Source of the DNA: Octopus sinensis
Taxonomy: Eukaryota
Assembly (NCBI RefSeq): GCF_006345805.1
Contig: NW_021832655.1
Coordinates: 1-43,111, forward strand
Length of the DNA stretch: 43,111 bases
Reading direction: 5' to 3'
The position numbers and the translations under genes were made by a program. The notes under the pieces are model-generated. The model did not search any database, was not told the DNA's origin, and was given only the letters and a program-made list of their open reading frames with translations. Below, in pieces: positions 10,062 to 24,870 of the stretch. The stretch's first letter is position 1, and each line of letters begins with the position of its first letter.

Positions 10062-10455
10062 CTAGCAGTATCGCCCGGCGTTGCTCGGGTTTGTAAGGGA
10101 AATAACTATATAAGCATTTTAGAGATGTAAAGTATAATAGCCATCTCAATATAGCAAACCACAAAGGGGGGAGTGTTACTGTAGCTTTTTACGTTCTGAG
10201 ATTTAATAATACATTTTTAGAGAGTTACTTCCCTTATATAATAGCAAAAAATGCATTAAAAATGGGGAAAAATGATGGTAAATTTTTAAAAAATCGTAGA
10301 CTCATCGTAGACTCGCGCTAACACCCAGAAGGGCTCGATATGAATCACGACTATAAGATACCCGCTTTTGGTTACACTGCACCGCAAAATGTGGGAGTAG
10401 TTAGGAATCTAAATCGTAGGAAACAGACACACAACTTCACTTTTATATATAAAGA
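10062..10455 (-). mobile_element. non-autonomous Helitron
   Basis: Minus strand A|TCTTTATATA ... CCCGAGCAACGCCGGG hairpin (10074-10089) ... CTAG|T: 5' TC, 3' CTAG, A-T insertion site. Confidence 0.85.
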
Positions 10456-11189
10456 TTTCTCTACACTCTTTATGTGAACGTCACAAACGCCACAAAATCT
10501 GTCAGTATTCTTCTTTATTTATGAAACTTTGTGTGTCGGAAATTGCAGTCGATTTTCCTTTTTTTCTTTCGTTTTTGTTTCTAAAAATATCTTTTGAAAT
10601 CATTTGAATTGTATATCAAGTAAAACGTTGAATAATCCTTCCAAGATTTGTTAATTTGTTCTTTTGCGTTGTGCTTCGATTTGCCAAAACAACAATTTGT
10701 CCATGCAATATTCTGCAGCTACCGGAAGTCCACTTAGAGCCACGGTGTGTAGTGTAATGCAGTCTCGATAGGAGGAAACCTAGCGGAAAACGAGTTTAAT
10801 GTACCTTATTATTTATGCGCATTTACCGAAAAACTGTTTTGCTATTTTTAGAGTGAAAATCATTTTGAAAGTCGTCCATCAATTCCAGGAGATTTCCAGT
10901 TCCTGGAAACGGTTTCTTCACAAATGTTCGTAAACGAATTGAATTCATTTCGATTGGAAAAGCTATCTTTTGAAGAAAATTCGCAAAGAAAATAAGGTTT
11001 GAAGGAAATGTTATGGAATTTTAGAAATATATGAAGTGTGAAATATTTTCATTTGATTTACACGTCAATATATTTTCGCGTTTTTTTTTTAATATTCTCA
11101 AATTCTTTTATTCTTTCATTCTGTCTACATCACTGTCTCTTCTTCCTTCTCACTATCTTTCTCTCTCAGTACGTCCTTCTGTGTTTCTC

Positions 11190-12140
11190 GCTCTCTCTTT
11201 CTCACTCTCTCTCTCTCTCTCTCTCTCTGTTTCTTGTTGCCAAGTTTCCTCCCTACTTCAGTCTATTTCGTTCCCAATGTTTCATGTTCTCTCGTTCTTC
11301 ACTGCACACACACAAACACAGACACACACGCTCATATATATACACACACACATACACACGTATACACACACACGCACACACACACATACACATACTCATA
11401 TACATACACACACGTATATTCACACACATACACACAAACAAATTCTTTCTCAAAAATACATTCATTCGCAGACACGCATATACACGTACTCATACACATA
11501 CATATACACGCATGCACACATATACGTACATATACACACACAGACTCACACCTGCTGACATGCGCTGTCATTCAATCACACACGCATACACACAAACACA
11601 CGCATACACACACACACACACAAACTCTCACTCATATATACATTCATTCACTCGCGCACCCATACACATGTATAGACACAAAAACTCTCACACACATTTA
11701 CACGCATCATGCACACGTACACAGATAAATAAATTCTCACTCACTTATACACACATTCATTCACACACACAACACACATGTGCATACACTCACATATACA
11801 CCACATACATTCATCCCTCACTCACATTAATTCACTCACACACACACACACACTCTCTCTCTTCTCTATATATATATATATATATCTCCCTCCCTCTCTC
11901 TCTCTGCCTCTTCCTCTCTATCTATCTTCCTCTCTATCTCTCTCCCTCTCTCTCTCTCTCCCTCTCTATCTATCTCCCTAACTCTCTCCCTCCCTCTCTC
12001 TCCCCTCCCCCTCTCCCCTCACTCTCTCTTTCTCTCTCTCTCTCTGTCCCTCCCTCTCTATCTATCTCCCTCTCTCTCTCTTTAACTCTCTCCCTCCCTC
12101 TTTCTCCCCCTCTCCCCCTCCTCCCCCCCTCTCCTCTCTA
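11190..12140. repeat. (CT)n/(CA)n/C-rich microsatellite block
   Basis: Direct reading. Confidence 0.95.
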
Positions 12141-12659
12141 AACTCACTCAGCCGTCAAAACTTCCTTCGCTGATTTAAAACCAAGCTGAAACATTCACCA
12201 AACTCTAACTGGTCAAATCACTCAGTAATTCGTTAAAGATTCCAATTTCACACAAAGCAATCATTTTATGGAGCGATAGTTTATTGTTTTATAACAACAA
12301 GCAGAACACTTTAGTAGATAGGTTTTCACTTTTGGCACTTTAGTGAGATTTAGTACATGGTATAAAGCAGGATATTCCACCTCACCATGTTTTACTTGTC
12401 TACTGCTCTAAGTACAGTCGCTCGTTTATTACTAATACTTTTCTTGTTCTCCATATTTTGATATCAATATATATTTTGGCAATGCCTGAGCTATAAAACA
12501 AACAAACATACCTTGATAGTTTATCAATAGATTCAAAATGAAAAACTTGCCTCCGACGTGTACTATCTTATACGTAACAATACTTTATCAATACAGCAGA
12601 TTTTTTTTATTCGTTATTTGTTTATTAATTTATTTGTTTGTTTTGTTTTGTTTGTTTAA

Positions 12660-14250
12660 TTTATTTTGTATGCCTATGGACATCACGAGCCCTCCGAAAC
12701 TATTAATTAACCTCAGCATGGTCAATTTTCTCGTTGAAAACTTCAAGTTGGTGACTACAGGAAAAAAAAATAGGTGCAGGGTGGAATTTCAGAGTACAAT
12801 GTTCTCTGAAGGACGGGCTAAAGAAGGGGAAACTGCGGCCCTAGGTGTGGTCAGAAACGGCTTATCAAACCGCGTTGACAATAAGATTAGAAATATCTCC
12901 AAAATGGGAAGATGGAATAGTACCAACAACGTAGTAGCGAACAGATTTCGCAATATTCGCGAAATATCAGTTCGATATTGTTGCATTCTTATTTCTTTTC
13001 TACCCACAAGGGGCTAAACACAGAGAGGACAAATAAGGACAGATAAATGGATTGAGTTGATTGCATCGACCCCAGTACGTAACTGGTACTTAATTTATCG
13101 ACCCCGAAAGGATGAAAGGCAAAGTCAACCTCGGCGGAATTTGAACTCAGAACGTAAAGACAGACGAAATACCTATTTGTTTACTACCCACAAGGGGCTA
13201 AACGCAGAGAGGACAAACAAGGACAGACAAAGGGATTAAGTCGATTACATCGACCCCAGTGCGTAACTGGTACTTAATTCATCGACCCCAAAAGGATGAA
13301 AGGCAAAGTCGACCTCGGCGGAATTTGAACTCAGAACGTAACGGCAGACGAAATACCGCTAAGCATTTCGCTCGGCGTGCTAACATTTCTGCCAGCTCGC
13401 CGCCTTTATTGTCGCATTCTATCCAGCAGTTTTCAAACTCTTTCTCACTAAAACCTCTGTAATTTGTAACGACGCATTGCGATCGGGAATTAAGTGGTGC
13501 CCATATAATTATATTCTCCTACTTGTTACTGCTTTTTGACGGAGATTATGTATGGATGAAAGACGCTACTGATCCCTTTGATATAGCGATAAGCAGTATC
13601 AAAAGACTAGAGATCTCAATCTAGTTAAAGCCTTCATTCTAGAAAAGCATAAATCTAGATTTAGATCATTAACGATAGAGTTCTACAGAGACGATGGTTC
13701 ACCTATTTGGAACAACATGAAAGGACGGCATTTAGTTAAAGCAAAAGAAGACTCAATTAGTACATTTAATGGCTTAGGATGCGATATTATTTTTACTACA
13801 AGCAAAATTCTTACGCGTTACCTTATGTTTCAAGACGTCTCAACACCATACATTTAATCAATAAATATTCACCTACTATCATCATTGTTAAGAACCTTTT
13901 CAGCAATGTTCGCTAAAAAATCTCCAGTATCTTTTCAGGTGATTGAATAATTGATATAACGACCAGTTACTACAAAAATTAAAAAGCTAGAAACTCTAGA
14001 TCTAAAGAAGAAATAAGTTTTACTAACCACGGTTAGTAAAATGAAAATCCACAAACTCTTTACTGTTATGTAATCCAGTTGAATTTTATGTATAACCTTA
14101 ACATGTCATCAAATGTTACCAAGAACTTTTGGATCAGGTTTAGGAAGAACTTCTTAAATCTGATCCGCAAACAAGGAATATCTGTACTTTGTGTGAAACA
14201 TTTTCTACAAGGCGCAAAGATTTCATACTTTTAATATGCAAAACATAAAG
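12660..14250 (+). pseudogene. decayed multi-CUB-domain coding block interrupted by a SINE
   Basis: Frame-shifting reads CDRELSGAHIIIFSYLLLLFDGDYVWMKD / SRFRSLTIEFYRDDGSPIWNNMKGRHLVKA / GCDIIFTT / SGD*IIDI / NFWIRF...QGAKISY match CUB elements (GDY-x-x-h-x-D, S-x-x-x-x-L-x-h-x-F, G-F-x-h-x-Y); donor AAG/GTAAGC at 14251; several stops; 5' part (12660-12990) unassigned. Confidence 0.45.
12990..13404 (-). mobile_element. SINE family A dimer with TSD
   Basis: Head at 13404 plus two body units; 14-bp TSD TATTGT(T/C)GCATTCT at 12976-12989 and 13407-13420. Confidence 0.92.
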
Positions 14251-15199
14251 GTAAGCTATATTTGCATGACGAAAATGGGTGCATTATGGAAACAAACAGG
14301 CATCAAAAATCACTTAATATGCTCAAGGAATCAGAAACCAACTGCATGGGTGTTGTCTGTACGTGACAGGGAAGATGACTGGAAGTTTCAAAAGAAAGAG
14401 TTATGACGCTTCGGCAAGTTCTGCAAACCCGAATTTCTAATTCTTTGAACAACAGTATCAGTCCCAAGATAAATAAAACTTCTTGGAGCATACTTCGGAA
14501 TGTGCGAGGGAACCTTTAAAAGTCAGTGCATAAACCATAAGAACATCTCTAGACACATATAGAAAAGGAACAACTTTAATATCCTCCAACGGCCTACTGT
14601 ACTTCAGCAACTAATATTTCACTTTTACAAATCACTGTGGCTTCTGTAACGATGAGTAATACTTCTAACTGCTGATAAGCAAGATTAAACGGAAAATCCG
14701 ATCAACCAGAATCCTGTAAAGTTCCATCCTGTACGTGATAAAGATGGTCTAGAAAAGTATCCTTTAATCAACCCTGACGATTTCCCATGAAAACTACTTA
14801 AGACTCAGAGTTATGAAATGCTGTAAGCCGGAACTATAACGTTATATATAGCATATTGACACATTGCGAAAGATATAGAGATTTCATTTTCTTCGTAGAA
14901 TTATCATGTACGAAATAATACGCGAAAGCATTCAACGAAATAAATTTATACACACACACACGTACATACACACACGTATGTGCGCGCACACGCACGCACA
15001 CACAAACGCAGAAGTAGGCACAAACACAAACGCGTGTACGTACACTTGCGTGTTGAAACGAGTTGTCTCGCCTGTCTGACTTTCAGGTGTTTTGGCACGC
15101 AGCGCTTTACGGGTGTTACCACCACTGCGCTATGTGCAGCCTATCGCTGAACAAGCGTGTTGCGGGCATTGAGTGTATGTTTTATATATGTATGTATAT

Positions 15200-15231
<32 letters not shown>

Positions 15232-15244
15232 ATATAACAATAAG

Positions 15245-15335
15245 TTATAAGTTTTTACCGAATATGGTCCTTTTCCGTACCGAAAAACTACTAGGTGAAA
15301 TTTATTCATTTTATTAGATTAATTATCTTTCACCC
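15245..15335 (+). mobile_element. PLE-like 3' end fragment
   Basis: TTACCGAATATGGTCCTTTTCCGTACCGA...GGTGAAATTTATT...CACCC is homologous to the reverse complement of 26205-26300. Confidence 0.55.
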
Positions 15336-15344
15336 TATATCTGT

Positions 15345-15358
15345 AATGAGTATATATA

Positions 15359-15394
<36 letters not shown>

Positions 15395-15665
15395 TGTATG
15401 TATTATGTATGTTGTATATGTATGTATGTATGTATGTATGTATTGTATGTATGTATGTATGTAGTATGTATGTATGTATAGTATGTATGTATGTAGTATG
15501 TATGTATGTATGTATGTTGTATATGTATGTGTATGTATGTATGTATGTATGTATGTATGTATGTATGTATATGTATGTAGTATGTATGTATGTATGTATG
15601 TATGTAGTATGTATATGTATGTATGTATGTAGTGTATGTATGTATGTGTTATGTATGTATGTATG

Positions 15666-15697
<32 letters not shown>

Positions 15698-15942
15698 TGA
15701 TATGTTGTATGTATGTATGTATGTATGTATGTATGGTGTATGTATGTTGTATGTATGTATGTATGTATATATATGATGTATGTATGTATGTATGTATGTA
15801 TGTATATGTATGTATGTATTATGTATGTATGTAGTATGTATGTATGTATGTATGTATGTATGTATGTGTATGTATTATGTATGTATGTAATGTACTGTAA
15901 TATATAGTATTATGTATGTATGTATGTATGTATGTATGTATG

Positions 15943-15974
<32 letters not shown>

Positions 15975-16064
15975 TGTCTTGTTGTATGTATGTATCTATG
16001 TATGATGTATGTATGTTGTGTATGTATGTATGTATGTATGTATGTATGTAGGTATGTATGTATG

Positions 16065-16096
<32 letters not shown>

Positions 16097-16189
16097 TGTA
16101 TGTATGTATGTATATGTATGTATGTATGTGTATGTATGTATGTATGTATGTATGTCTGTATATGTATGTGTAGTATGTATGTATGTATG

Positions 16190-16221
<32 letters not shown>

Positions 16222-16280
16222 TGTATGTATGTATGTATGTTGCATGGATGTGTTGTATATGTATGTATGTATGTATGTAG

Positions 16281-16312
<32 letters not shown>

Positions 16313-16385
16313 TGTATGTATGTATGTTATATTTATGTATGTATGTATGTATGTATGTATGTATGTTTATTATTATTATTATTAG
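15345..16385. repeat. ~1-kb (TATG)n array
   Basis: Direct reading, with frequent single-base dropouts. Confidence 0.95.
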
Positions 16386-16598
16386 GGTATCTAAGAGATA
16401 CCACCATGCTTGAAATAGCAGTCAAACCCTGACTCTAAAACCACATCGTGTATTCATACAGCGCAAATTGACAAAATAAATAGACAAATAAACCAGTAAA
16501 AAATTACTTGATAATCCCAAATGCGAATTTCTGGTTCTGAATAAATGTAGACTTTGCCTTCTTTAGAAAGATACACAAAAATTGCACATAATCACGAA

Positions 16599-16643
<45 letters not shown>

Positions 16644-16649
16644 CGTTTT

Positions 16650-16980
16650 TGGATTTGGTTTCCAAGATTCTTTATGTGAGTTCGTGTGTTGAAACTGAAA
16701 GAAGCCCGTCGTATATATATCTCTTATTATATAAACATATGCATATGCATACATGTATGTATATGCATGTGTTTATGTGTCTGTGTTTGTCTCCCCAGCA
16801 TCGCTTGTCAACCGATGTCGGTGTGTTTACATCACCGTAACCTAACGGTTCGGCATAAAGAGATCGACAGAATAAGTACTAGGCTCACAAAAGAATAAGT
16901 CCTGGGGTGCATTTGTTCGACTAAAAGCGGTGCTACAGCATGGCCGCAGTCAAATGACAGAAACAAGTAGAAGTATATAA
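16650..16980 (+). mobile_element. SINE family B (5' truncated)
   Basis: GAAACTGAAAGAAGCCCGTCG, internal microsatellite, tail GCGGTGCTACAGCATGGCCGCAGTCAAATGACAGAAACAAG. Confidence 0.85.
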
Positions 16981-16984
16981 GAAT

Positions 16985-18460
<1,476 letters not shown>

Positions 18461-19089
18461 CGCCGCTCATTCGTTCTCTGTCTTTCTATCTATCCTCCGT
18501 CGTCTTTGTACTTTGTGGATTTTTCACCGTTCGCTTTCATTCGCATGGCTTATTCATTTAATGCGACCAAGCAGAGAGAGAGAGAGAGAACAAGTATTCA
18601 TGGTTAAAAGATATCAGAGAACAGGAGCGGAGTTAGTCTTCAAATACTTGGCATTTTAAAGTTGGTGGTGGTACAATTTGTACGAGTCTGGTGGAAGAAT
18701 ATGTAGAGAAAATCGTTGGCACAGTGATTAACAATAGCTGATGTAGGAATCTAAATGGGGAAAATATGTAAATTCAGTTAAAGTGCCAAAGAAGCCAGTT
18801 GACTATATCGATAATATATAAATGTATGTGTATAAAGCTGGCGTTCTCATTAAGCCAGATCAAACGATACGTACTTCGGAAAGTAAGGGAGATAACTCGC
18901 TATGATATGAACCATGTACGTACAGAGAAATGTAGACAGAAAGAGAGATATAGAGATAGATAGATGCAAGAGCATGTATACACATTAGAACAAGGATGTA
19001 TATATATATATATATATATATATACAATCATGAGTGTGTGTGTGTGTGTTCGTGCGTGCGTGTGTGTGTGTGTGTTTGTGCATGTGTAT

Positions 19090-22000
19090 AGAGCCAAATG
19101 GAGAAGCCTGGAACAAAGGGAAACGATGACACATGTCCAGCTTCCAACACCACAACTGAAGACCAAAAGGTGCGATGGCCGCAAGAAAGGAAAGGCACCC
19201 TGGAATTGATGGGAAAGAGGTAAAGGGGACAGAATCAAGGCTAAAGGAAGCCCTGTCCAGAGAAAGCAGAGGGACCCCAGCAAAAACTGTAAGGGCAGGG
19301 AAAGAAACACTGCAAATTCTACCTGAGGGGGCTGGGTACGGCGGTGAAGGTGCAAACTGTCGCTTTGCACAGCGGAGGCCTACCAAAACCGCACGGACGC
19401 GAGACAGAGGTCCCTCCCTCAGGGGAGAACAAAAAACAAAAACAAAAAGTTAAAAGAAGGGAAAAAAGCGCACTGACCACTACTGAAAGACGGTATGCGA
19501 TGTGGTGCGCGGAAACCAACAGGTGGCCAGCTTCACCCAGATGTGAGAAAGGCTGGCAGCTGAACAGCAGTCTTTTTTGTGCATGGCACAAAAAATTGTT
19601 CAGCAGCTGACCTGGCTACAAGCACAAAGCTGGAACTACCACCACATAAGGCCACCTCCAACAGATGCAGGATGGCCACCACAGACACCAACACCAACAC
19701 ACACACCACAAAAATATTTCTACTGAATGTAGGAGGGCTGCTGCGCGGAAACTGTAAAAGAAAATTTCATTCCTGAGAGACCTTGTGACATGCAATCAAG
19801 CTATATGGCATGGCAACTCACAGAAACGCATCTTGAACCCGATATAGGTGATGCAGAAATACACATGCCGCAATATGCAGTCATACGCACAGATAGAAAA
19901 AGGGAGGAGCCATGGTGGAGTTGCAATGTACATCCGAGATGACCTCACGCCCAGGTCCTGCTGTCATATTCAACTCAGTATGTGAAACTCAAATTGTACA
20001 CATAAGACAACTGAATATCGTCATATGCACTACATATCGCCCACCAGACGCCCCAAAACACTCAGGCATGTTTGAAGACTGCCTAACAAAAATAGGAGAA
20101 GTCCTCACCAAACTTGAACAGCACAACAGTGTATTCTTCATGGGTGACTTTAACCTCCCCAATGTGGAATGGCCTGGGGGGCAGATGCTCCCAGGGATGA
20201 CACACCATCAGCAGGCACAGGTGGAGTCCCTGCTCCATCTCACAAATACCTCTTTCATGGAGCAAATAGTTTCTGCAACCAACAAGGGCAGATAATATAC
20301 TGGATCTCTGCTTACAAACAATATGGATATTATCCATAATGTTAATGTGATGCCGACAATGATCTCGGATCACAACATAATAGAGCTGTCTATGTATGGA
20401 ACAAAAGCCCCCGCAGACACACAGCCTATACGAAGCACCCACCATCTCTCCAACTTAAACTTTCATAAAGCCAACTGGAAGTCGATTGAGAAAGAGATCC
20501 TCAAACAGGATTGGCCTGAATGTCTCTCCACAACCGGACATAAACATGAAACACAAAACACTTCATGTCCATAATACAAGCCATATGTGACAAATATGTC
20601 CCAAGTGCAGGGCCAGCACACACAAGAATAAAAACAGGATCCCTAGAGAAAGGAGGATTCTTATGAGACGACGGACAAGGATTGCAAACCGCCTGAGCAA
20701 GCACACCAAAAGTGGTGAGAAGTCTCGGCTCGAAAGAATGCTAATGGAAACTGAGAAAAGTCTACATCAGTCCCATGAAAAGGAGAGAGCAGATAAAGAA
20801 GCTTGGGTAATAGAAAATATAAAATCAAACCTAAAGCTTTCTTTAAGTTTGCCAAAGAGACAGCCACAGTGCACCAGAGAATAGGACCTCTCTTCCAAAA
20901 AGATGGCTCTCTCACAGGAAATCCCACGAGGATAAGTGAAATACTGAACGAACAGTTCCAAAGTGTGTTCACTACAACCTCTAGGACACAGGCAAGTAAA
21001 CAACCCAGAGAATTCTTTGCCACTTTACCAGCGGCCAAAGAGACAAAATTGAGTACATCAACATCGAAGAGATGATATCACACTAGCCATTGATGAGATT
21101 GACACAAACTCAGCTGCTGGACCTGATGGATTCCCAGCGATCCTTCTCAAATCGTGCAAACGAGCCCTTGCAAAACCGCTACAGCTTCTTTTTCAGAGCT
21201 TTCTTGCAAGTGGTAAGCTCCCAGTCAAACTGAAAGAGGGGGTAATATGCCCTATCCATAAGGGGGTAGCAGAGCAGATGCTAAAATTATAGGCCTATCT
21301 CTCTGACCTCACACATCAGCAAAGTCATGGAAACGATAGTCCGTAAGAAACTAATCATGTTCCTTGAAGAAAATGACTTACTGTCTGACACCCAGCATGG
21401 ATTTCGACCAGGTAGAGGCTGCCTAACACAGCTCCTGCAGCACTATGACTGGGTGTTGAAACAGCTACTAAATGGCTCAAATGTGGATGTAATATATCTT
21501 GACTTTGCAAAAGCCTTTGATAAAGTCGACCATGGTATGATCTGTCATAAACTGCGTGGTCTCGGCATAGGCGGGAAACTTGGAGAGTGGCTGCACAACT
21601 TCCTAAAAGACAGAAAACAGGCAGTTGTGAGCAATGGAGCCACCTCCAGGGAAACGCAAATAACAAGCGGTGTCCCACAGGGCACTGTCTTGGGGCCACT
21701 GATGTTCATAGTGGCCCTTTCAGACATGCTTCAGTTGCTACGATGACCACCCTTGCTAGCTATGCAGATGACACAAAAGTCTCCCACGCAATACAGAACC
21801 CTGAAAATATTGCGCATCTGCAACATGAGCTGGACACAATATACAGGTGGGCTGAGGACAACACATGCAGTTTAATGCAGGTAAGTTCCAGGCCCTGCGC
21901 TACTGGCACACAAAGGTAAATGACGTGAAGACTGGATACACTGGCCCAGGAAGAATTGCAATCCCTGAGTCAAAATCAGTGCGTGACCTGGGCATTGACA

Positions 22001-22745
22001 TGAGCAATGATGCATCTTTCCAAATGCATATGCTAATCTGGTGATAAAATGCAGACGGCTAGCTGGATGGATTCTCCGAACTTTCAGAACAAGAGAGAAG
22101 GAGACACTGATGGTCCTATGGAAAACATTTGTCCTCAGCCGCTTGGACTACTGCTCCCAACTTTGGTCACCACACAATATAAAACAAACAGCAGAAATCG
22201 AAGCAACTCAGAGAAGCTACACAAAGAAAATCGTCTCAATGCAAAATGTCAGCTACGGGAAAGACTGAAGGTATTAAACCTCTTCTCCCTGGAGCGGAGG
22301 CGGGAGAGATATGCAGTAATATACATCTGGAAAATCCTGGAGGGTCTTATCCCAAACTTTGGCATTCAAAGTTACTCCAACCGCAGAACGGGGCGCCGCT
22401 GCGTGGTGCCAAGGATTCCAACATCACCATCAAAATACAGGTCCAGATACTGCAACAGCTTGGGTTTCAGAGGACCACAGCTTTTCAACATCCTCCCTAA
22501 ATGCCGGAGACTTACATGGTGTGGATGTGGGGGTTTCTTTAAAACTAAACGGGATCTCTTCTGTTGGAAGTCCCAGATGAACCTACCTCACGACAGGAGA
22601 CGGGATGCGGGCAGCAGCATCGAACTCCCTTGTTGATCAAGTGCCACGTATCAGAGGTGGATTCACAAACTGTGTGGCTCATTCAGCGGTGGTGCCCCAG
22701 CATGGCCGCGGCCTTCGGGCTAAAACATTTTAAGGATTTAAGGAT
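19090..22745 (+). mobile_element. near full-length CR1-group LINE (ORF1 with CCCH-like fingers, ORF2 APE plus RT), frameshifted
   Basis: ORF1 pieces CKFYLRG...NCRFA; APE motifs LTETHL, HGGVAMY, YRPP, GDFNLP, ISDHN; RT motifs QHGFRPGRGC, YLDFAKAFDKV, GVPQGTVLGP, YADD at 21761-21772; C-terminal SLERRRERY; 3' tail (ATTTAAGG)n. Confidence 0.95.
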
Positions 22746-22748
22746 TTA

Positions 22749-22819
<71 letters not shown>

Positions 22820-22834
22820 TATATATATAGATAG

Positions 22835-22868
<34 letters not shown>

Positions 22869-22932
22869 CAGATAGATACACATACACACCTATATCTATA
22901 TCTTGAGCATATACTGTATATCTAGTAGTGTG

Positions 22933-22968
<36 letters not shown>

Positions 22969-23353
22969 TATATACAAATATAATATATATAAATATTATA
23001 TATACACATATATATCTATATTATATATACATATATTATATGCGGATATATATACAAAATATGAAATCGAGATATAAAACCACTATTAGGCAATCAATAT
23101 ATATATATATATATATAAAACTAATATATATGTATTATAATATATATGCAATATATACATTTGCATATGTGGACATGTAAGTTATCATGTGTCCATCTGA
23201 GAACATGAGTATATGGATAAATATGTATGTATAATATATATTTGTGTGGTGTATCTATATGTATGCATGATATTCATGTACAACATACATACACACACAA
23301 CACATATATATATATATATACATTTACACATTTATGTATATATATATATTTAA

Positions 23354-23390
<37 letters not shown>

Positions 23391-23420
23391 ATATATATAT
23401 GTATACTTGGCTCGGGTGTA
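22746..23420. repeat. (TA)n/(GATA)n array
   Basis: Direct reading. Confidence 0.95.
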
Positions 23421-23789
23421 TTTGACTGTGTGCATATGTCCACATACGAGTATTGATGCGTACATATGAGATATGTAAACTATATTGATATTAATATTCA
23501 CAACGGGGCACTTTCACTTACGGTTTTCATACTTTGTCATTTTCAATTCAGTAATAATTGATCTCTCGTTTATTTCCGTGGTATCATGCAGTGGCAGTAT
23601 GGTTATAATGGTATAATGCCTTATCGCAATAATGGTGTGGTGATGTGTCCGACTTCTAAATGTGGTGTGGTTCAGTGACAGCGTTATATTTTAGGCGTTT
23701 GGTGATGAGATCGGATATTTGTGTGACGGTATAATCACGAAGCTTGATGTTATTACAATCGCCTGTGTTTATAAAGTTGTGGTAATGCT

Positions 23790-24231
23790 GCAAGTCTGTG
23801 TGCCTTAGGTATGTGCTATGATTTGTTGTGATGCTCTGATGGTTACTGTATGGAAAGTGTTCTGCGTAGGATGTGTGCAGTACCTAGTAGTGCAAATTTC
23901 TGTATGTTATATGTGTTTGTAAGTCCTGGTGTTTTGTATGTATTTGTATGAATATTTTTATCATGCCTAATGCACCTATTATGATTAGGAATTGTTCTGT
24001 TTTTAGATTCCACATTCTGGTACCTCTATTTCCAGGCCTTTGTATTTGAAAGTTTCTCCATTTCTTTTAGAGACACGTTGTCATCTGCTGGTATTGATAC
24101 ATCAATTAGAAAAGCATTTTTTTCTTCATGATCTCTGACAACTATATCTGGTCTGTTAGCCTTAATTTCTCTGTCTGTGTGTATTGGCATATCCCAGAGT
24201 ATGGTTGCTTTCTATGGTTGCTTATGGTTGC

Positions 24232-24232
<1 letters not shown>
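23790..24232 (-). mobile_element. R4/Dong-like RLE domain fragment
   Basis: Minus strand KATILWDMPIHTDREIKANRPDIVVRDHEEKNAFLIDVSIPADDNVSLKEMEKLS / KYKGLEIEV...GALG...LLGTAHILRRTLSIQ* (stop 23843-23845); 5' end abuts (AAT)n. Confidence 0.9.
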
Positions 24233-24290
<58 letters not shown>

Positions 24291-24291
24291 G

Positions 24292-24345
<54 letters not shown>

Positions 24346-24569
24346 TATATGCAAAAATAAATCTTTAAAGTACAAATGAACTGAAACACATCTGAAGCCT
24401 TATGAATTTAAAATATCTGAAGAAACAGAAACAAATTCGGTAATGATGTCAAGTGGGTTTCAATTTCTATGAACAATTGTTTCAGATTCCAAAGAATGGT
24501 ACAAAAATATCCTGGTTCTGATAGGAGTAATATATTATATACATATACATACAAACATACATACATACA

Positions 24570-24605
<36 letters not shown>

Positions 24606-24615
24606 TAATTATATA

Positions 24616-24657
<42 letters not shown>

Positions 24658-24870
24658 TATACATATATATATATACATATATAATACATATATATACATA
24701 TATATATATACATATATATATATAATACATATATATACATAAATATACATATATATACATAATATATATATATATACATATATATAAATATATATATATA
24801 CATATATATATACATATATGTATATATATATATATATATACATATATGTATATATATATACATATATACA
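24233..24870. repeat. (TTA)n and (TACA)/(TA)n arrays with a short unique spacer
   Basis: Direct reading. Confidence 0.9.

Noticed and set aside
10718-10730. ETS-type CCGGAAGT promoter motif
   Set aside because: A single 8-mer with no supporting CpG-rich context or downstream exon; expected by chance
13745-13860. EDSISTFNGLGCDIIFTTS as an SF1/Schlafen or SF3 helicase motif
   Set aside because: No Walker A motif nearby; the flanking GDYVW and SLTIEF...KG..L segments fit a CUB-CUB junction better. A profile search would settle it
23515-23700. Minus-strand open frame ending at a GTAAGT donor
   Set aside because: Made of degenerate CAC/ATT low-complexity sequence with no clear acceptor
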